NCBI GenBank assembly: GCA_034722055.1
Contig: JAYENL010000320.1
Span: 1 to 17,428 of the forward strand
Reading direction: 5' to 3'
DNA length: 17,428 nucleotides
DNA from: Armatimonadota bacterium
GTDB taxonomy: Bacteria; Armatimonadota; Zipacnadia; Zipacnadales; UBA5352
This document shows, in pieces, positions 15,248 through 17,428 of this stretch (position 1 is the stretch's first letter; each line of letters starts with the position of its first letter). The position numbers and the translations under genes are program-made. The notes under the pieces were generated by a model. That model was not told the origin of the DNA, made no database searches, and worked only from the letters and a program-made list of their open reading frames with translations.

Positions 15248-17428
15248 ATGACACAATGCCGCCCGCCACGCGCTGCACTCCCACTGGCTCTGGCCATTCT
15301 CACGTCGCTGTTGCTCGCCAGCGGGGTGGGGGCCATGCGGCTGTGGGGCCCGACCAGGACGATCTCTCGCGGCGACCTACGAGTGTCCTTCCCGCAGAAT
15401 AGCCACGGGCCGGTGGTGGAGTTCCGCGACTGCGTGGTCTTCCGCAACGCCTTCTTCAAGGTCCGCAGCCAGGACTACAAGGTGTCCTACTTCAACTCCG
15501 ACCGGCGCGGAGCCTCAGGTACGTCGATGAAGGTGGAGGAGGGGGAGACCGACGGCCGCCCGGCGCTGTCGATACGCTTCGAGACGCCCAAGCACGGCTA
15601 CGCGGCCACCTACCGGCTGGTGCTGGAGGACGAGCGTACGCTGCTGGTGGAGTACGTGCAGACCTCGGAGACGCTGGAGGATGCGCACCTGGAGTTCTGC
15701 CCGCTGATCATCTCGCCGAACCCGGTCATGGGCCGGGTGCTTCAGGCCGAGTCCGAGGCGGCTCAGACGCGCCTTCTGCTCCCCCTGAAGCCCCGGCCTC
15801 ACGACGAGCGCTTCTTCGACATGCCACCGGCTCGGCGCATCACGGTCTACTCCCGGGTGGCGAGGCTGCAGGTGGCGACCATCGGCGACACGCCCGGGCT
15901 GGGGCTGGTGGACTTCCGGGCCTCGCAGTTCGCCGCTGCGGAGGCGCTGGAGGCGTTCCTCATCTACGGGCGCTATCAGGTTCCCATCGGCCAGCAGCGG
16001 CTCGCCCTGCGGGTGCGTTTCGAGCAGCCGGAAACCGCGCCTGAGCCGACGCATCAGATGCTGGAGGAGGCGCGCATGGTGCCGGAGCCGCCTCCCGACG
16101 AGGCGGAGCTGTCGCGGCTGATCGTGCCTCATCCGCAACAGGTCCAGTGGCGGACCGGAGCACTCTCGCTGTCCGGAGCGGAGGTCCGGGTCCCGGCGGA
16201 TACATCCGATGAGCTGCTGGAGCGAATGGAACGCATCCCGCTGGCGGGGGATGTGCGGATGGTGCGAAGCGACGATAGGGCGGCAGGGGTAGTCACGATC
16301 GGCGACCGGCCCCCGGCGGGCCACAGGGTTCTGCTGCTGCCCGACGATCTCCCGGAATGGTCCCAGGAGCAGGCCTACTCGCTCACCATCACGCCCGGGG
16401 GAGCCAGGCTGCGGGCCGGCACCGAGCGGGGCCTCTGGAACGGCTGGCTGACGCTGGTGCAGCTCAGCGAGCGTGGCCGGGGCAGCCTGGCATGCGGGAG
16501 GGTCGCGGACTGGCCGGGCCTGCGCCTGCGGGGCTATCACTTCAACCCCCGGGTCATCTACCCCAACGAGAAACTCGCCAGAGCGCTCATCGAGCTGCTG
16601 GCGAGGCTGAAGTACACGCACGTCACCATGCAGTTCAAGGGAGACCTGGAGCTACGGTCCCATCCGGAGGGCTTCGACCCGGAGCGGCACTGGACGCAGG
16701 ATCAGATCAGATCGCTGGTGAGGCACGCTCGGGCGCTGGGCCTGAAGCCGGTGCCCGAGATGAAGCTCATCGGCCACGCACGGTGGGCGCACGGGGGAGG
16801 CACAACCGGCAGGCCGGTGGAGCAGCTCCCCCACCTGCAGGGCCTCTTCGACCCCTCAGGGACCACGTTCTGCCCGCAGAGCGAGGAGGCGGCTGGGCTG
16901 GCGCAGGCGATCATCGACGAGGTAGTGGCGCTGTTCGAGCAGCCCGAGCTGTTCCACATCAGCGGTGACGAGGCCGGGGGGTGGGCGAGCTGCGAGCGCT
17001 GCCGGGACGAGGACGCCGGGCGGCTCTTCGCCGACTGGGTCACCATGCTGCACGACCGCCTCGCCGAGCACGGCTGCCGGACGATGATGTGGGGCGACAT
17101 GCTGCTCGAGCCCGAGACGTACCCGGACTTCACGGCGGCACACGCGGTGGGGGGCACGGAGCGCGCCATCCAGTGGCTGCCGCGCGACATCGTCATCGCC
17201 GACTGGCACTACGGCGGCAACGAGACCTTCCCGTCGGCGCGCTACTTCCAGGAGGAGGGCTTTCAGGTGGTGGGCTGCCCGTGGCAGTCGAGAGCCGGCA
17301 TCCTCAACTGGGGCCGGCAGCTCGCCGAGCAGGAGGCCCTCGGCCTCATGGGCACCTCCTGGCACAAGCTGATGTCAAGCCTTGACACGCTGGCGGTGGT
17401 CGCTGAGGCTGCCTGGAACCCGCTCGCG
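15248..17428 (+). CDS. Secreted glycoside hydrolase family 20 (beta-N-acetylhexosaminidase-like), 3'-truncated by the window edge
   Basis: Translated by hand, since it has no stop in the window and is absent from the ORF track. Signal peptide MTQCRPPRAALPLALAILTSLLLASGVGA, IVPHPQQV, EQAYSLTI...GLWNGWLTLVQL (GH20b domain), DWPGLRLRG, VPE...GH, FHISGDE, MWGDML, DWHY and AEAAWN. Confidence 0.88.
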   Translation, partial: MTQCRPPRAALPLALAILTSLLLASGVGAMRLWGPTRTISRGDLRVSFPQNSHGPVVEFRDCVVFRNAFFKVRSQDYKVSYFNSDRRGASGTSMKVEEGETDGRPALSIRFETPKHGYAATYRLVLEDERTLLVEYVQTSETLEDAHLEFCPLIISPNPVMGRVLQAESEAAQTRLLLPLKPRPHDERFFDMPPARRITVYSRVARLQVATIGDTPGLGLVDFRASQFAAAEALEAFLIYGRYQVPIGQQRLALRVRFEQPETAPEPTHQMLEEARMVPEPPPDEAELSRLIVPHPQQVQWRTGALSLSGAEVRVPADTSDELLERMERIPLAGDVRMVRSDDRAAGVVTIGDRPPAGHRVLLLPDDLPEWSQEQAYSLTITPGGARLRAGTERGLWNGWLTLVQLSERGRGSLACGRVADWPGLRLRGYHFNPRVIYPNEKLARALIELLARLKYTHVTMQFKGDLELRSHPEGFDPERHWTQDQIRSLVRHARALGLKPVPEMKLIGHARWAHGGGTTGRPVEQLPHLQGLFDPSGTTFCPQSEEAAGLAQAIIDEVVALFEQPELFHISGDEAGGWASCERCRDEDAGRLFADWVTMLHDRLAEHGCRTMMWGDMLLEPETYPDFTAAHAVGGTERAIQWLPRDIVIADWHYGGNETFPSARYFQEEGFQVVGCPWQSRAGILNWGRQLAEQEALGLMGTSWHKLMSSLDTLAVVAEAAWNPLA

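Overview
High-GC bacterial chromosomal region, most likely from Armatimonadota. That inference rests on the DUF1559 prepilin-like protein starting [39 protein letters not shown]. The window holds 11 credible CDSs, mostly for carbohydrate use: two Gfo/Idh/MocA oxidoreductases, a GNAT acetyltransferase, a divergent GH95-like glycosidase, a DUF1559/H-X9-DG protein, a GNAT-like acyltransferase-domain protein, purN, a GH116 glycosidase, an OPA-type MFS transporter, an amidohydrolase, and a secreted GH20 enzyme. The GH20 gene runs off the right edge and is missing from the ORF track. I found no rRNA, tRNA, CRISPR, transposase or defence system, and no clear new multi-gene system. The most notable signals are non-coding. 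About 14 REP-like units carry a 5' GGAG/GTAG tag, most followed by a palindrome whose stem differs between copies, and several form inverted REPIN/MITE-like pairs. Three sigma-H-like promoters (AGGN-17/18-GAAT) are present. The acyltransferase gene appears to start at ATA, overlapped by an ATG-CCA-TAG minigene. The GH95-like protein has substituted catalytic residues.
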